This document shows positions 28,041 through 41,515 of a stretch of 64,000 nt of DNA, piece by piece. The stretch spans positions 84,692,001 through 84,756,000 of the forward strand of contig OX597815.1 of assembly GCA_951406725.2 (NCBI GenBank). Direction: 5' to 3'. This stretch comes from Octopus vulgaris (Eukaryota). Position numbers and translations under genes: made by a program. The notes beneath the pieces were generated by a model. That model saw only the letters and a program-made list of their open reading frames with translations. It made no database searches and had not been told where the DNA came from. The first letter of the stretch is position 1. Each line of letters starts with the position of its first letter.

Positions 28041-28468
28041 TCCGGTCTCTAGATATGTCACTGCTAACATGTTGACATGTTACCTTTTAGATGACCTCGG
28101 TCATATGAAATACAAGCACCATGACTCTTACGGTTCGAAAAATGGTTAGCGGTTCAGAATTTCATGCCAGCTTTAAGTAGCACACAACCTGTTTCGAAAG
28201 ACGCGTTTCCTTTAATGTTGTTATTCTTAATATTTTTTAAGCAGACAGTATTCCACAATTTTTTATCCATGTAAATTCTTGAAAGTGCTTAATTTTCGAC
28301 TCAGCATCAATGGAGATGACATTTAGTATTATCAGGATTGAAAACTGAACTTAACGGAACATAACGAAACTAATTACTGCAAGGCACTTTTTACGATCAT
28401 GACTACGCCCAATGTAACTGGATTCTAAATTAGACTTTTGGAACTTATACCAGAAATTGTAGGCAATC

Positions 28469-28725
28469 CTTATCTTTTATCTTTTACTTGCTTCAGTCGT
28501 TAGACTGCAGCCATGCCAGAGCACCTCCTTGAAGAACTTTTTAGTCGAATAAATCGACCTCAGTACTTAATTTTGTTAAGGCTGGTGCTCATTCTAACAG
28601 TTCTTTTGCCGAATCACTAAGTTATGGGGACATAAACAACCAAGACAGGGTGTCAAGCGGTGGTGAGGAGACACAAAAACACACACATATACATATATAT
28701 ATGTATGTATATGTATATTTATATG

Positions 28726-28777
<52 letters not shown>

Positions 28778-28924
28778 ACAGGCTTCTTTTAGTTTCTGTC
28801 TACCATATCCACTCACAAGGCTTTGATCGACCCGCGGCTATTGTAGAAGGTACCACACAGTGGTACTGAGCCCGGAACAATTTGGTTAGGAAGCAAGCTT
28901 TTACCACACTACCATGCCTGCGCC
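28469..28924 (-). mobile_element. SINE family A copy (older)
   Basis: Diverged reverse complement of family A, with the internal TA tract. Confidence 0.85.
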
Positions 28925-29484
28925 TTATGAATAATTTTGGATTGTTTTTATACTAATGCGGTTTCAGAATTATCATGGTGTGTGTGCCCTTGAGTTAAAA
29001 CCGAGGATACTATAAATTCAAAAACATTATTTTTGTATCCACGAATGCGATGACATTAATCGTATACCAAGTTACAGGAGTCCATACATTATACACATCT
29101 ACCTTTCAAAACATTAGGCTCAGTCTGCAAAGCAGAGGCATGCTACTCTCTAAAACAAGAGAGGAGCCTACAAAAGTACACATCGTATACAGCTTATGTT
29201 GCTGGGTATTTTGGCTTTGCTTATGTTTTTATCGTTTTGTCTTATTTTTGTAGTTCTCACTGATAACATGAAAAATGCTGCACCTAATGCTATGTGTAAG
29301 TTATGAATAGTCAATAAACATACAAGGAAGCTTGACACAAAATCATACAATAAATGGCTCTATTCCTAGTTTAGAAAAGTTCCTGTATCGCTTCAACATT
29401 TAATCTAGGTTATTTGCATCACCATTAACCTGCCAACATCAATACAGTTTATGAATGGCGAGTGAATATACGAATTCTGATAAT

Positions 29485-29691
29485 GTATTTCTTTATTACC
29501 CACAAGGGGCTAAACATAGAAGGGACAAACAAGAACAGACAAATGGATTAAGTCGATTACATCGACCCCAGTGCGTAACTGGTACTTAATTTATCGACCC
29601 CTAAAGGATGAAAGGCAAAGTCGACCTCGGCGGAATTTGAACTCACAACGTAACGGCAGACGAAATACGGCACTCATTTCGCCCGGCGTGC
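29485..29691 (-). mobile_element. SINE family B copy, 5'-truncated, with the TTAGCCCCTTGTGGG tail variant
   Basis: Closely similar to 51895-52121. Confidence 0.88.
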
Positions 29692-30139
29692 GAGAATGAT
29701 ACTTGCAGTACTACCAATGCGGCACTTACCCTTCTAACCGTTCTTATGTCCGTCGTCCTTCCATATCTTCCTTTAGAATTTAATCTAGCATCGCGTATAG
29801 GATATTTTGGTATAACCCTGTCCTTATATGCAGACTAAGGATGCAGATTATTTCCATTCGATCTCTCAAGGATGACTTCCTTTAATTTATATAGAATGCT
29901 TGTTTAATGTCTCGAATGTTGGAACGACGCGAGATCAAAACGAGATTTATGTTATCCTTCTTAATCATTATTTGTAATTACTTCTAATTTTATTCCAGCA
30001 TGACCGTCTTATGAAATATGCTAAATTGTCGCGTAAGGAAACTATACGTAGCCACCGGCATTGTTTTCAGTAGACCAAATTGAATAGCTATTCTACTTGA
30101 CGGTATTGAGTTCTCTTTATCTCTTTGCTATTGTTATTG

Positions 30140-30176
<37 letters not shown>

Positions 30177-30677
30177 CGAGCGATAGATATATAGATAGAT
30201 TGATAAGTGCATAGATAAATTCATCAATTTATCTATTTATATCCCCATGACTACATATTTTTCTCCTTATCCATATATCTTTATATCTAGTTATCTACAT
30301 ATTTGCGACTGCTGCATCTTTAATGTTTCAAAGAAAATAAAGAAAGAACGCTCTTACAATTTGAAATAATATTAATTTCAATAAGCGAAAAAAAAAATAT
30401 TCCAAATAACAATTTAATAATCTTATTTAGGAATTATATTGAATTCCATGCATTCTTTTAACGATTTCTTGAAAATAATGTAAATGTAATGTCATGGAAT
30501 AGAGAGGAAATCTTTAATGCTTCTTCTCTCCCATAGATATACGCATGTCACTGTGCAGAGAGAAAGAGAAACAGAGACAAAATGATGCATAGAAAGATAG
30601 ACTGACAGATTAGATAGAGAATTAGATAAATGTGAATATGCATCTAAATAGTAATTACATATATGTGTGTGTGAATG

Positions 30678-30764
<87 letters not shown>

Positions 30765-31439
30765 ATATATAGATATATACAAGTATGTATACACACACAT
30801 ATATCTATATCTATATATATATTTAAATATGCATACATATAAATACGTGTGTGTGGGTGAGTATGTATATATGTATAGTCGTTTTAATGTACATATCAAT
30901 TGAATAATTTATTTGCTGTATTGTCTTGCTTATTTTCTAAATGCATATGTTATTCCAAAAAATAAAAGTTATATCTAATCTGTGTTATCTGTGTATTAAA
31001 GGTAGGTTTCTCTGTATGTATTCCAAGGGAATCCTGTATGATACCTGTTTGTCTATTGTTGATTTACAAAGTATTTTCGAGTGCATTTCTTAGTGTAATG
31101 GTAAACCTGGAAATGGGAATTCATTTCTGATGCATTTAGATGTCTTGAAATCATTACGATATTGTGACCAATATAACAATTATAATTCCATCCTTACCTG
31201 AAAATCTGAAAACTGATAATGAAAGACTTTACGTTTGATATTTCATTATCATTTTGACCTGTACTCTATCGAAGCAGCAATCATTCATTCACACATGGCT
31301 TTATTCCCCTTCCCCTCAAAGGATAAAATCATCTGCTTCACTGTTTGTATTTTGAAATTTCCATCAATGTTTGATCAAACCTATTGAATTCTGAAGGAGG
31401 CCACTGAGCGCAAAAAGCCTCCTAACTTTATTCATCGAA

Positions 31440-34210
31440 CCACCAAGGGACTGCACCATCTACTAGGCACATAGGCTTAATTTCATTGGATCAGATACTG
31501 CTGTCTTAAATAAAGAAAGCTACATCGATCGGTGTAGTTCTAAATATACAAAAACATATGAGACGACCATTGGTGAAACATCTTTAATCAGATGCTTGTT
31601 TGCCAGGGTTGATCTGGCACAAAACAACAGCAACAATACAACAAAATACTCGACTTCACATTACTACATTACTTTTAGTTAAGTTAACTGTGCCCTTGGG
31701 ATTGATATGTATTGACCATGGATACAGTTGCATAGTGCAGAAAACAAAGCACGAACCACTAACCATTGGGATATCTGCTTTGATCCTCAATTAACTCAGA
31801 GATCAACTACTTCTTCAGTGTCTCTATGTCGTCGGTGCTTGCCTTACCAGAAATAACAGCAAAATCTCCCTTAAATTATAGTTTACTTTCTTGCAAAAAA
31901 ATGAAGGCCCTAGATAATGTGGTTCTAGATGTATTTGGCCTAAAACAAAGTTGTCAAATCGAGTATTTTGATTATATGTATGCTCGATCGGTTTTACCTG
32001 ATAGTAAATAACAGCTAAGACAACAGCAACAACTAAAACAACATCAAGATAATTTCTCAAAACTATATTTGCATAAAATTTGATCACAACCACCACAGCA
32101 AACACTAGCACCATTAATGCTATCGTCGTCTCCATTTCCAGTAAACCGCTAAAACTATCAGTATTACCTATTAATGCATGAAGCTTAATTTTCATTCTAA
32201 AATTAATTACAATTAAATATCAAGAAAAATAAAACGTATGAATTTTTAAAACATGCCATAAAAGGATTGTAATACAATAGTTTGAAAGCATGAAAAATTA
32301 ATAATATGTGAACAGTATTTAAAATTGAAATAAATACGTCGTATTGTGTAAGTTTCTGACTGAGCTGTTTCGAGGAAATTATGTATTAATAGGTTAAGAC
32401 AAAGACAAAGCTTCACTGCCATTGTGGCTCATCTTTTTACCACTAACAATAGCATTACTTCTACTTCTAACACTAACATCGCTACTACAATCGCAGCTTC
32501 TGCTCGTCCACAACAGCCATTACAAATGCATCTACCACTTTGATAATCATTACTATAGTATGCTACCAAAACCAGAAAGCCTCTATGTGGTTGCTCGGCA
32601 TCGTAGAAACTGCAGCCAATTCTCCCTTGAATTACGCATTGTTGTCTTAAAGAATACGTTAGTCGTTGTAGACACAGGTATAAAAGAAAAAGAAGCAAGA
32701 TGGATATGGTTGGAACACCATAGATTTTCAGGGTTAATATCTAAACTGGCCTTAAACTATAATATAACCATTACGATCCAAAAGGTATCTTATATATGAT
32801 AAGTCCATCAGTTGGAAATAACAGCCAGATTTCCGCCCGCATAACACCTTACTGTTTGAAAAATGAAGCAGACACGTGATAAAGTATTACCAGCTACACT
32901 ATGCTTTAAAAGAAAAGCCAGAACAGGTCTGGATAGAATATCTTTGAACATAAATCTGCTCAGGTGAGGTGGACCTGGAGTTAAACAAAAATACCATCAT
33001 CATCATCGCTACTATTACATGCACAACACACTTACTAACACGGATAATCTCACCATTACAACACTTATTGCTACAACAGCCTGAGCCAATGAGCGAGCCT
33101 CTACGTAGTCACTCGATCTACGAACTATAATAACTAAATCTCCTTCACATCACACTTACTTTCTTATATACCTGAAAAACAAAACCCGAAATGATCACAA
33201 TTTCAATGCATTCAATCGTATATTTGCTCGATTGGGTTTGTCCTGTGGTTAAACAACGACAATAACATTTACAAACACTCAACAGCACCGCCACTACCAC
33301 CACAGTTCTCCGTTGTCAACAAAACAACTCTACCATCGCCACAAACCGCCATCATTAGTATTGCCAACACCGCCCAATTATCAACTTCGCCATCAACAGC
33401 AACAACAACAACACCAACAATATCAACACCAACACCAACTCCAACGACACCTACAACTAACATATCCTCAATCGTATGTTTCACGCAATCCTCTTTTACC
33501 AATACTTAGTTGTCTGTGCTTGAATTTAATGACTTCCGTTTACATTTCGGTAAACATCAAAGGATATAAGCAGCTTAGGTAAAGAGCGGGGGTTTTGGTG
33601 TTTCGTTTTGCATTTGATGCTTATATTCCTGCTAACTATTGTCGTTGTTGTCGTAGTTTCAGTGTTGTCTTTCTAGTTTGGGTAGTGTTAGAAGTGGTGA
33701 AGGTGATAGTGCAGATAACGGTACAGTTGTTTGTAATGTTGGCAGTAATGGTAATGGGTGGTGATGCTGGATGTTTCTAGGTTGTGGCTTTCGTTGTGGT
33801 TGTGGTTATGGTGTTTGCAATAATGGTAGGCTAATGCTAGCAGTGACGGTATTGGTAGTACATAGTAATTGTTGAATGGCAGTAGTGATGATATTGGCAT
33901 TGGTATTGAGGTATTACTATAAGTGGTTGTGATGTGATAGATGCTGTATTTGTAGTAGTGATGCCTTTTTATTTGTGCTGATTGTTGTTGTTGCTTTGTT
34001 GTTTATCTAGAGGCCAGCTCTGAGAAAGCAGATTTATGATCAAAGATCAGAGGCCTTCCCGTCATGACTATTCTGTTTCTTTGCAGACATAGCTTATCTA
34101 GGATGACATTGGCCATTGTTTCTTTGTCCTTTTTAGGACAATAGGTTAAAATTTTGAAGATGGTTTGGCTGTTACTTCTAGCCTGCAAAACGACCACGTA
34201 GGGCACCATT
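31440..34210. mobile_element. Cluster of six degenerate family D repeats among decayed (CAA/CCA)n tracts
   Basis: Plus-strand copies at ~31440-31640, 31820-32015, 32575-32760, 32785-32995 and 33090-33265; a minus-strand copy at ~33985-34210. More minus-strand copies lie at ~16685-16850, 21760-21950, 50575-50780 and 54600-54810. Confidence 0.6.
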
Positions 34211-34394
34211 GTTCGCTCTTGCTCGTGATGGTGGTGGTGCTGCTGCTGGTCCTACTGTTGATGGTAATGGTGGTGCTGGTGGTGCTGCTGGTGCTGCTGG
34301 TGGTGCGGATATTGTTAGTATAACTACCGTTTTTTTTACATTTTGTATTTTTTTCTTATTTTTGTTACCTTGAATGACAGACATATAGACAGAC

Positions 34395-34399
34395 AGAAA

Positions 34400-34451
<52 letters not shown>

Positions 34452-34483
34452 ACAAAAGAAAGAAAGAAAAAAAGAAAAAAGGA

Positions 34484-34535
<52 letters not shown>

Positions 34536-34537
34536 AA
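34395..34537. repeat. (GAAA)n microsatellite
   Basis: Directly visible. Confidence 0.95.
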
Positions 34538-36520
34538 ATCGATTTTCATCTTTATTCTTGTTCAACCACTACAGAAATGATAGGGAAAACAAAAACAGCT
34601 ACAACAGCAACAAGGATAAAAACAAAAAAGAACAAAAATACTACCACCGCCGCCATCAACATCATCCTCATCAACAGCAGCACCACCTAAAGCAACAACA
34701 GCACCAATGTTAACAACGCTTGAAATTGTATCAGCAGCAGCATTAACACTTTTATAAAAAAAAAAAGTAATAAATATAAATAGTAAAAACAACAAACATT
34801 AACCACAGCATAATCAATGGCAGCCACAAAAACAATAACAACAACAGTCGCATCGTTTATTGCAATATCAATAACAGCAGCAACAGCAACAACAACAACA
34901 ACAACATTTACAACCGCCCAAACAGTAATAAACATGTAAATACGAAAACAGCTATAAAAGCAGCAACAACAATGACAAGTGCAATAAATAGAACATCAGT
35001 TTAAGAACTGCAGCAGCGGCAGCAGCAGCAGGAGCAGCAGCAGAAGCCATGGTAAGGAAATATCATCAACAGTCACAGGACAACAATCAACAACAGCAAT
35101 ATTAATTTCAATAAAAACGCTCGCAGCAACAACGGTAGATCGACGATATCAACAGCAGTATTAACATCAACAATATATTGCAATGTTACTGCCTCCAACA
35201 ACAAAAGAGTGTCTTGAAGGCCAGTGCTTAGCTTCGATTCATCGGCTAAAATATACCACCCACCACCATTACCACCACCGCTACCATTCATCGCTACCAC
35301 ATAATTTCACCTTAATAGGGAACCATTCTCTTGCAGGCTAATATTCCTAGCAATTCTGATACCTTTCCCAATAGTTGGATGAGCTGGAGCCTGTAGAATT
35401 AAGCGTTTTGTTCAAAGATACAATGAAGCCCTTTGGCGGGTTTCAGCTGAAGAGTCATCCACTAATAGTTATGTTTTACTTCTATAATAGCAATATAGCA
35501 TTGATATAAATAAAGTCAACTACAATACTGCCATAACATCAACAGTAACCCTGGGTCAACATTATCATAAAGCTGTTTTCTTTAAAAACTTTTGTCTACA
35601 CAACCGAAGGGTAGCCATTGGACATCATTTTATAACGTTGTTGTAAAGCAGAGCTTCTTAAAATGTGTGAGTTTATTGTACAAGATACTTCTGCAATGTT
35701 TGCTCTTTAACCTTTTTTTATTTTTGTTTTCTACGGGGATTAACTTGGTCTAATTTATTATGACTGTGAAACTTTGAAGGAGAAACTTCACACGGTATAC
35801 ATACTACATACTTCCAGGCTGCCTCTGGTAGAAACGATGTTGATTTGTGCCCCACTGCCCACGAAAATAATAACACGTACTCGCAATGTTGTGATAGAAA
35901 TAAGCTTTCCTAAAAACATTATTAATATTTTAATCAGCTTTTTCCAAGTCATTGGCAATTAATTCTGAAAACTAATACATAATATCAGTTTTTTAATCAT
36001 TGTTGATTGAAAAGAAGCAGATGAATCCATGAATCTGAAAACTGTAGACAGATTATTGAACTCTCTTGACCATATGCGTCTTCAGAAGTATAAAATTTCA
36101 AAAGAATTTAGTTGAATCTATCAAAGTATTTTTTTTTATCATTTTACTAAGGAGGGATATGGGCTGCGCTCATGACCTTATATTTTTTCGGGGCCTTCTA
36201 GGCAGGTAGTAAGATGAGAGGAATTTATCCCCAAACCTAAGACCAAACCTTATCCTGAATACCGGCAACTGGGTGAAGCCTACTAAAAGCACCCAAAGAT
36301 CAGGAGGTGATCTTGCACCTCCCAAAATAACTAAACTCCAAGAATTCAGAACTCAAACAGCCATAACAAACACTACAAGGCATCAGGTCCAATACGTTAA
36401 GAACCATTAATCCACTCCCATAAAATGGCCCTTTATATTATTGACCATGAAATGATGAAGGGCGGAATAACCGAAAAAATACAGTATTATGTCTTACGTT
36501 CTAATATTTCTGTTAGAAAA

Positions 36521-36726
36521 TTTCTTCTACTCTAGGAACAAGGCCAGAAATTTTGGAGGAGGTGGGGCCAGTCGATTAGATCGACCCCAGTACGCAACTG
36601 GTACTTAATTTATCGACCCCGAAAGGATAAAAGGCAAAGTCAACTCGGCGGAATTTGAACTCAGAACGTAAAATACCGCTAAGCATTTCGGCCAGCATGC
36701 TAACCGTTCTGCCAGGTCACCGCCTT
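36521..36726 (-). mobile_element. SINE family B copy, GGCCTTGTTCCTAGAGTAGAAGAAA tail variant
   Basis: Family B body with intact GAGTTCAAATTCCGCCGAG. Confidence 0.88.
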
Positions 36727-36824
36727 ATTAGTAAGAGATATTGTATTGTCAAAGATGTTCTAGTCGCGATCTACCTCTCTTTTATTTTTTTTTAAATGTA
36801 TTTAAAACCATATAATAAACGAGA

Positions 36825-37648
36825 CACGTCAAACCAATGCACAACATCATGATAAAACAAAATACCTACTTCGGTATGGACACTGATATATATCGACAAT
36901 AGCCAACATATACATGGACTACTTTGAGCATTTGGCTTTAGGATCAACACCACTAAAACCAACCCTATGGCTGCGATATGTTGATGACACCTTCATACTC
37001 TGGCCCCACCCAAGTGCTGCTAGATCATGTGAACTCAATAAAGCCATCCATACAGTTCACAATGGAAAAAGAAAAAGACAATCAGCTAGCATTCCTGGAC
37101 ATATTAATAACACGCACCAAGTATGGATTCAGGACATCCGTATACCGCAAGCCGACCTTCACTGGACGATACCTCAACTTCAGCTCCCACCATCCATACA
37201 GTGTAAAGAGAGGGATTTCTCAGTGCCTAAAACATCGAGAAGTGAACATAAGTAGTGATCGTAATACCCACTACGAAGAAATGATCAAGCTCAGTAAAAA
37301 TCTATTAAGCAACAACTACCCCAAAAGCATACACTCCACTCCAATTATGAATACAAAGGCGAAACATACCGCCCCCTCAAAATAAGGATAGAGTAACATC
37401 GCAAAGCTGTGACACGGGGAGATATTGATAAATCGGGTTTAGCTGAACATGTATGGAAAAATGGAGACCACCTCTCCCAGTGGGATGAAGTTAAAATAAT
37501 AGACAGAGAACACCACTGGAAAATACGAAAGCTAAAAGAAGCAGCACATATGCTAGGACACAACAACCCCCTAAGCCGACCGAGTGCAGATATGAGCAGC
37601 ATATGGGAACTGGTGTTAAGGAACGATAGGAGAATATTAGATTTATAA
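36825..37648 (+). pseudogene. Penelope-like (Poseidon-like) RT-GIY-YIG polyprotein relic, 5'-truncated with internal deletions
   Basis: NTYFGMDTDIYRQ, ANIYMDYFE, WLRYVDDTF, IQFTMEKEKDNQLAFLDI, VYRKPTFTGRYLNFSSHHP, NNYP, ETYRPLKIRIE*HRKA, KSGLAEHVW, RKLKEAAH. Confidence 0.92.
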
Positions 37649-37676
37649 GCCATAAAATTTACTCCATAATTGCCCA

Positions 37677-37913
37677 CGGGCATATGGCGTAGTGGTTAAG
37701 AGCGCGGGCTACTAACCACAAGATTCCAAGTTCAATAACAACAACATCGAAAATGAGAACCCAGGTTCGAAATTTCCCCAAGACACCTGATGAAGGCTAG
37801 AGGGTGTATCAGCCGAAACGTTGTGTTAACAACAAACAATATGATGATAAATATCCGTCAATTGTAAATAATGTAAATGATGTACATAATTCCTCATCTC
37901 TTAATATAGAACT
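37677..37913 (+). mobile_element. Family C unit (tRNA-like head, (AAC/TAA)n, hammerhead, TGTAAATAA tail) forming the 3' terminus of the PLE
   Basis: A-box TGGCGTAGTGG (37685-37695), anticodon-arm-like GCGGGCTACTAACC, a partly deleted B-box, and an HHR at 37782-37827. It starts about 29 nt after the PLE stop codon. Confidence 0.85.
37782..37827 (+). ncRNA. Minimal type I hammerhead ribozyme (intact core)
   Basis: GACAC-CTGATGA-A-GGCT(12 nt)AGCC-GAAA-CG-TT-GTGTT. Stem I GACAC/GTGTT, stem II GGCT/AGCC, palindromic minimal stem III (AACGTT), GUU triplet. Confidence 0.8.
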
Positions 37914-39037
37914 ATCAATACAGGAAAGCAATTTATTGTAAAAACTTGAAAATCGAAGGAAACAGAAATAACTCAGAAAAAAGTCGACCCAAAGTATACC
38001 CATAAATTTTGCATAAAATAACCTAGACACAGTTGTTAGTAAGGCAATCCTAAACAAAACAAATAAAGGAATCAGTTTATACCATTACAACTACTTTACT
38101 ACGTCTAGTATTATCAGTGCAATTCAAACAAAATGTATATAAAATTATAAAATAAACCCAAAAATAAATACTATACATACACAAACTCACACATAAACAT
38201 ATATATATATATACATATATATCTGAATGTATGTATATATATATATATAAATATATGTATATACATAATTATATATACATACATATACGCATGTATGTGA
38301 TATATATATATATAATGTATGCGTGGATGCATATTTTTGTTTGCATATATGTATATATGTATGTAAGCATATATGTATGTAAGTATGTATGTATGTACAT
38401 ATATATGTATGTATGTGTGTATGTATGCATTATATAGATGTACTTCCTTGCATGCGTGCACGTGTCTTATATCTCATTATATAAACCATTCGAAGATAAC
38501 ATGGATATTCACACTTGCATATATACGCAAGACCTTCTTGCACAAGAACAATCATGCATGCAATCGATTCTCAGCCCTAAAATGAGTCGAAACTATTCCC
38601 GAAGCAGTTTTGAAAGATAAAAGCGACCAACGGATGTTTTCGGAAACATCTATGCAAAAGGAAATTGAAATTCAAACGATTATATTGATCTCCTTGTATA
38701 AGTGTCTCCGAAAATGTGTCACAATTCTTCTAACAGAACAGTATTTCAAAGGAAATTTTATTTCATTGAAAAAAATTTATAGAATTGTAATAAATGTAAC
38801 GATTTAGTTTACCTCTAATGTGGCATAACTGGTCCTAAGTAGGTTTTGAGGATTCTTCTGATGATATAGGCTTTTGTTTATTGATACTACTTACCGCTGG
38901 AAATGGATCAAACGTTATATGGGTGGTAGCAGGTTTTGTTATGATGATAGCTGAACAGTCTTTAGATAACTATCGATATACAACCACTACTACAACCACT
39001 GCTAGAAGTGCTGAGGCAGGAAACTGTTGAACTATAA

Positions 39038-39068
<31 letters not shown>

Positions 39069-39130
39069 CACGTACATAGATGTATAGATATATATATATA
39101 TGTACACATATATATGTATATATATATTTG

Positions 39131-39184
<54 letters not shown>

Positions 39185-39858
39185 TTTGTATTGATCTTTT
39201 ATTTCTTCTTGAAATCCTGCCATAATGTACTTTTGGGTTCCATCAAAGTGTAACTAGAACACAGTCAATAAACACAAATTTTGCCTGAGAAATAGAGCTC
39301 ACCTGTAGTCTGGCGTGCAGAATTTACACGATTTGAATAAACGAACATAATATTTCAATGCACCAAAAATGTATTATGCATGCCTTCATCATTATTTTTT
39401 CTTACACTCGCACAGTACCATATATACTAGACGAAGACTAAATTCTCCACAATATAACGTTAGTGCTTATTCTATTAGCCTCTGTCATGTTAATCAGAAA
39501 GTTAGTATTAGTTATTATGCAGTCCGACGCCTTTGCGTTCGTGCATTCAACGAGTAATAAGGACTATCAGCGGCCGTAGAAATTCCTTGCTTATTTTGAA
39601 AAGTTAAAAATTTTTGGAAGTTTCGAATACAGAATCCTGAAATTAATAATTTCTTTTCAAATTGAATTATTTCTGACGTGTTTGATTTTTAGGATTGTGT
39701 AAAGTCATTTTGAAATTGTGTAGAGCAGCAGTTTTTAGAGGAAACATCTTTGAAAATTACACTCCTTTTTATACACTGCCCACCTTTTCTACATTCAAAG
39801 TTATTATCTGTTCCTCTCATATTTCCGTCTCAAAGTCTTTAATATGGAATGAAATAGA

Positions 39859-40070
39859 GTACATTTTCATTATTTATATTATTTACATTTGACGGATATT
39901 TGTCCTCATTTTGTTTGTTGTTAACACAACGTTTCGGCTGATATATCCTCCAGCCTTCATCAAGTGTCTTGGGGAAATTTCGAACTTGGGTTCTCATTCC
40001 TAAGGTATTTTTCGATGTTATTATTATTATTATTGAGTGAGAGAGCAGTTCATGCCATCAAAGTGAGACA

Positions 40071-40129
<59 letters not shown>

Positions 40130-40206
40130 TCAGGTCACTGCTTGGAATCGAACACTGAATCTTGGGGTTAGCAGCCCGTGCTCTTAACCATTATGCCATA
40201 TATCCG
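39859..40206 (-). mobile_element. Solo family C unit (tRNA head + (TAA)n + hammerhead), no PLE ORF attached
   Basis: Reverse complement: CGGATATATGGCATAATGGTTAAGAGCACGGGCTGCTAACCCCAAGATTCAGTGTTCGATTCCAAG (A and B boxes), (TAA)n with a ~38-bp foreign insert, then the same HHR and tail as 37677-37913. The sequence upstream of the head is unrelated to the PLE. Confidence 0.85.
39923..39968 (-). ncRNA. Minimal type I hammerhead ribozyme (C3U variant)
   Basis: GACAC-TTGATGA-A-GGCTG(10 nt)CAGCC-GAAA-CG-TT-GTGTT. Confidence 0.72.
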
Positions 40207-40890
40207 AAAATATTATTTTGCTACGTTACGACCACACTGGTAAAACTCAAACAAATCTTTGTGTAGTGTATTACATCCTTACTTATACATCAGAGAAAAA
40301 GAATATAGCTGAACTTGAATCCACAGTCTCAGTGAACGAAATATATTCGTTGTTCCAATGAGCAGGGGGTTATCAGATCTAATTTAAAATATTTATTTAT
40401 CAGTCTCTTCTCTTACGAATAATATAATAATATAAATGCATCTACAATAAATTATGTCTTAGATTTCGTTTCATAGTTTATCAGTCAATTGTCTTCTAAA
40501 CAATATATTTGAATGTTGTGTACATAATGTATTATGTCTTCAATTTCATTCCATACTTAAGTGTTTCATAATATAGTAGATGAGCATGAAAGATTAGCTG
40601 CAGAAATGGCAGCTTAAATGAAACATATTTCAGTGTGTTCGTACATGAATGCATGAAGTAAATATGTTCTTTCGCTTCGTCTTTTCTCTTGATATTTTAC
40701 TTCACTCTCATTCTTGTAATTTTAATGGCGTGTGTATGTATGGCGTGTGGTACGCTATCATGTCCAGGGTTCATTAATTTCTCGTTAGCCATATTTCGTC
40801 TGTATAGATAGTGAAATAATTTAAACTGTTATAATTTATAAACTTACTTTATATTAAACTTTTTTTGTAATAATATTAATGATATATATC

Positions 40891-41515
40891 AAGACGGCAA
40901 GCTTTACGTTCTGAGTTCAAATTCCGCTGAGGTCGACTTTTTCCTTTATCCTTTCGGGGGTCCATAGAATAAGTTCCAGTTGTGCACTGGTTGCCCAAGA
41001 TCACGAAATGGCTGGCCTTGGGCCAAAATTTGAAACCAATGTTATTTATGTATATTAAAAGCCAGTGGATTGGTAGTATCAGTATATGTTGGAGAAAATA
41101 CTTTGCGATGTTCAGTTATGTCTCTTTAGTTTAAATTCCACCCAAATGATTCCAATCTTTTGTCCTTCCGCCAGAGGGAGTCGTTTAAAGTAAAGTGTCG
41201 ATCACGAACCTCAGTCAATATAATTGACTTTAACTCTCCCGTCTCTCTTAAAATTTATGGCATACTGTCAGTGTTAGCAATATTACTAGACAGACTATAG
41301 TAAATGAGCTGGCAGAATCGTTAGTGCGCCGGAGAAAATGCTTACTAGTATTTCGCCCGTCCTTACGTTCTGAGTTCAAATTCCGCCGAGGTTGACTTTG
41401 CCTTTCATCCTTTCGGGGTCGGTGAAATAAGCACCAGTTACGCATTGGGGCCTGTCTATTTGACTATCCCCTTCCCCGAAAAATTCAAGCCTTGTGCCTT
41501 TACTAGAAAGGATTA
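40891..41515 (+). mobile_element. Three head-to-tail SINE B/B' copies (~40891-41040 with internal deletion; ~41060-41240 old B'; 41303-41515)
   Basis: Repeated GAGTTCAAATTCCGC.GAGGT.GACTTT.CCTTT.ATCCTTTCGGGG motif and GCCTTG tails. Confidence 0.8.

Noticed and set aside
37677-40206. Family C heads (and family A/B heads) as genuine tRNA genes
   Set aside because: There is no proper acceptor stem, the anticodon differs between copies (ACT vs GCT), and they are fused to repeat bodies.
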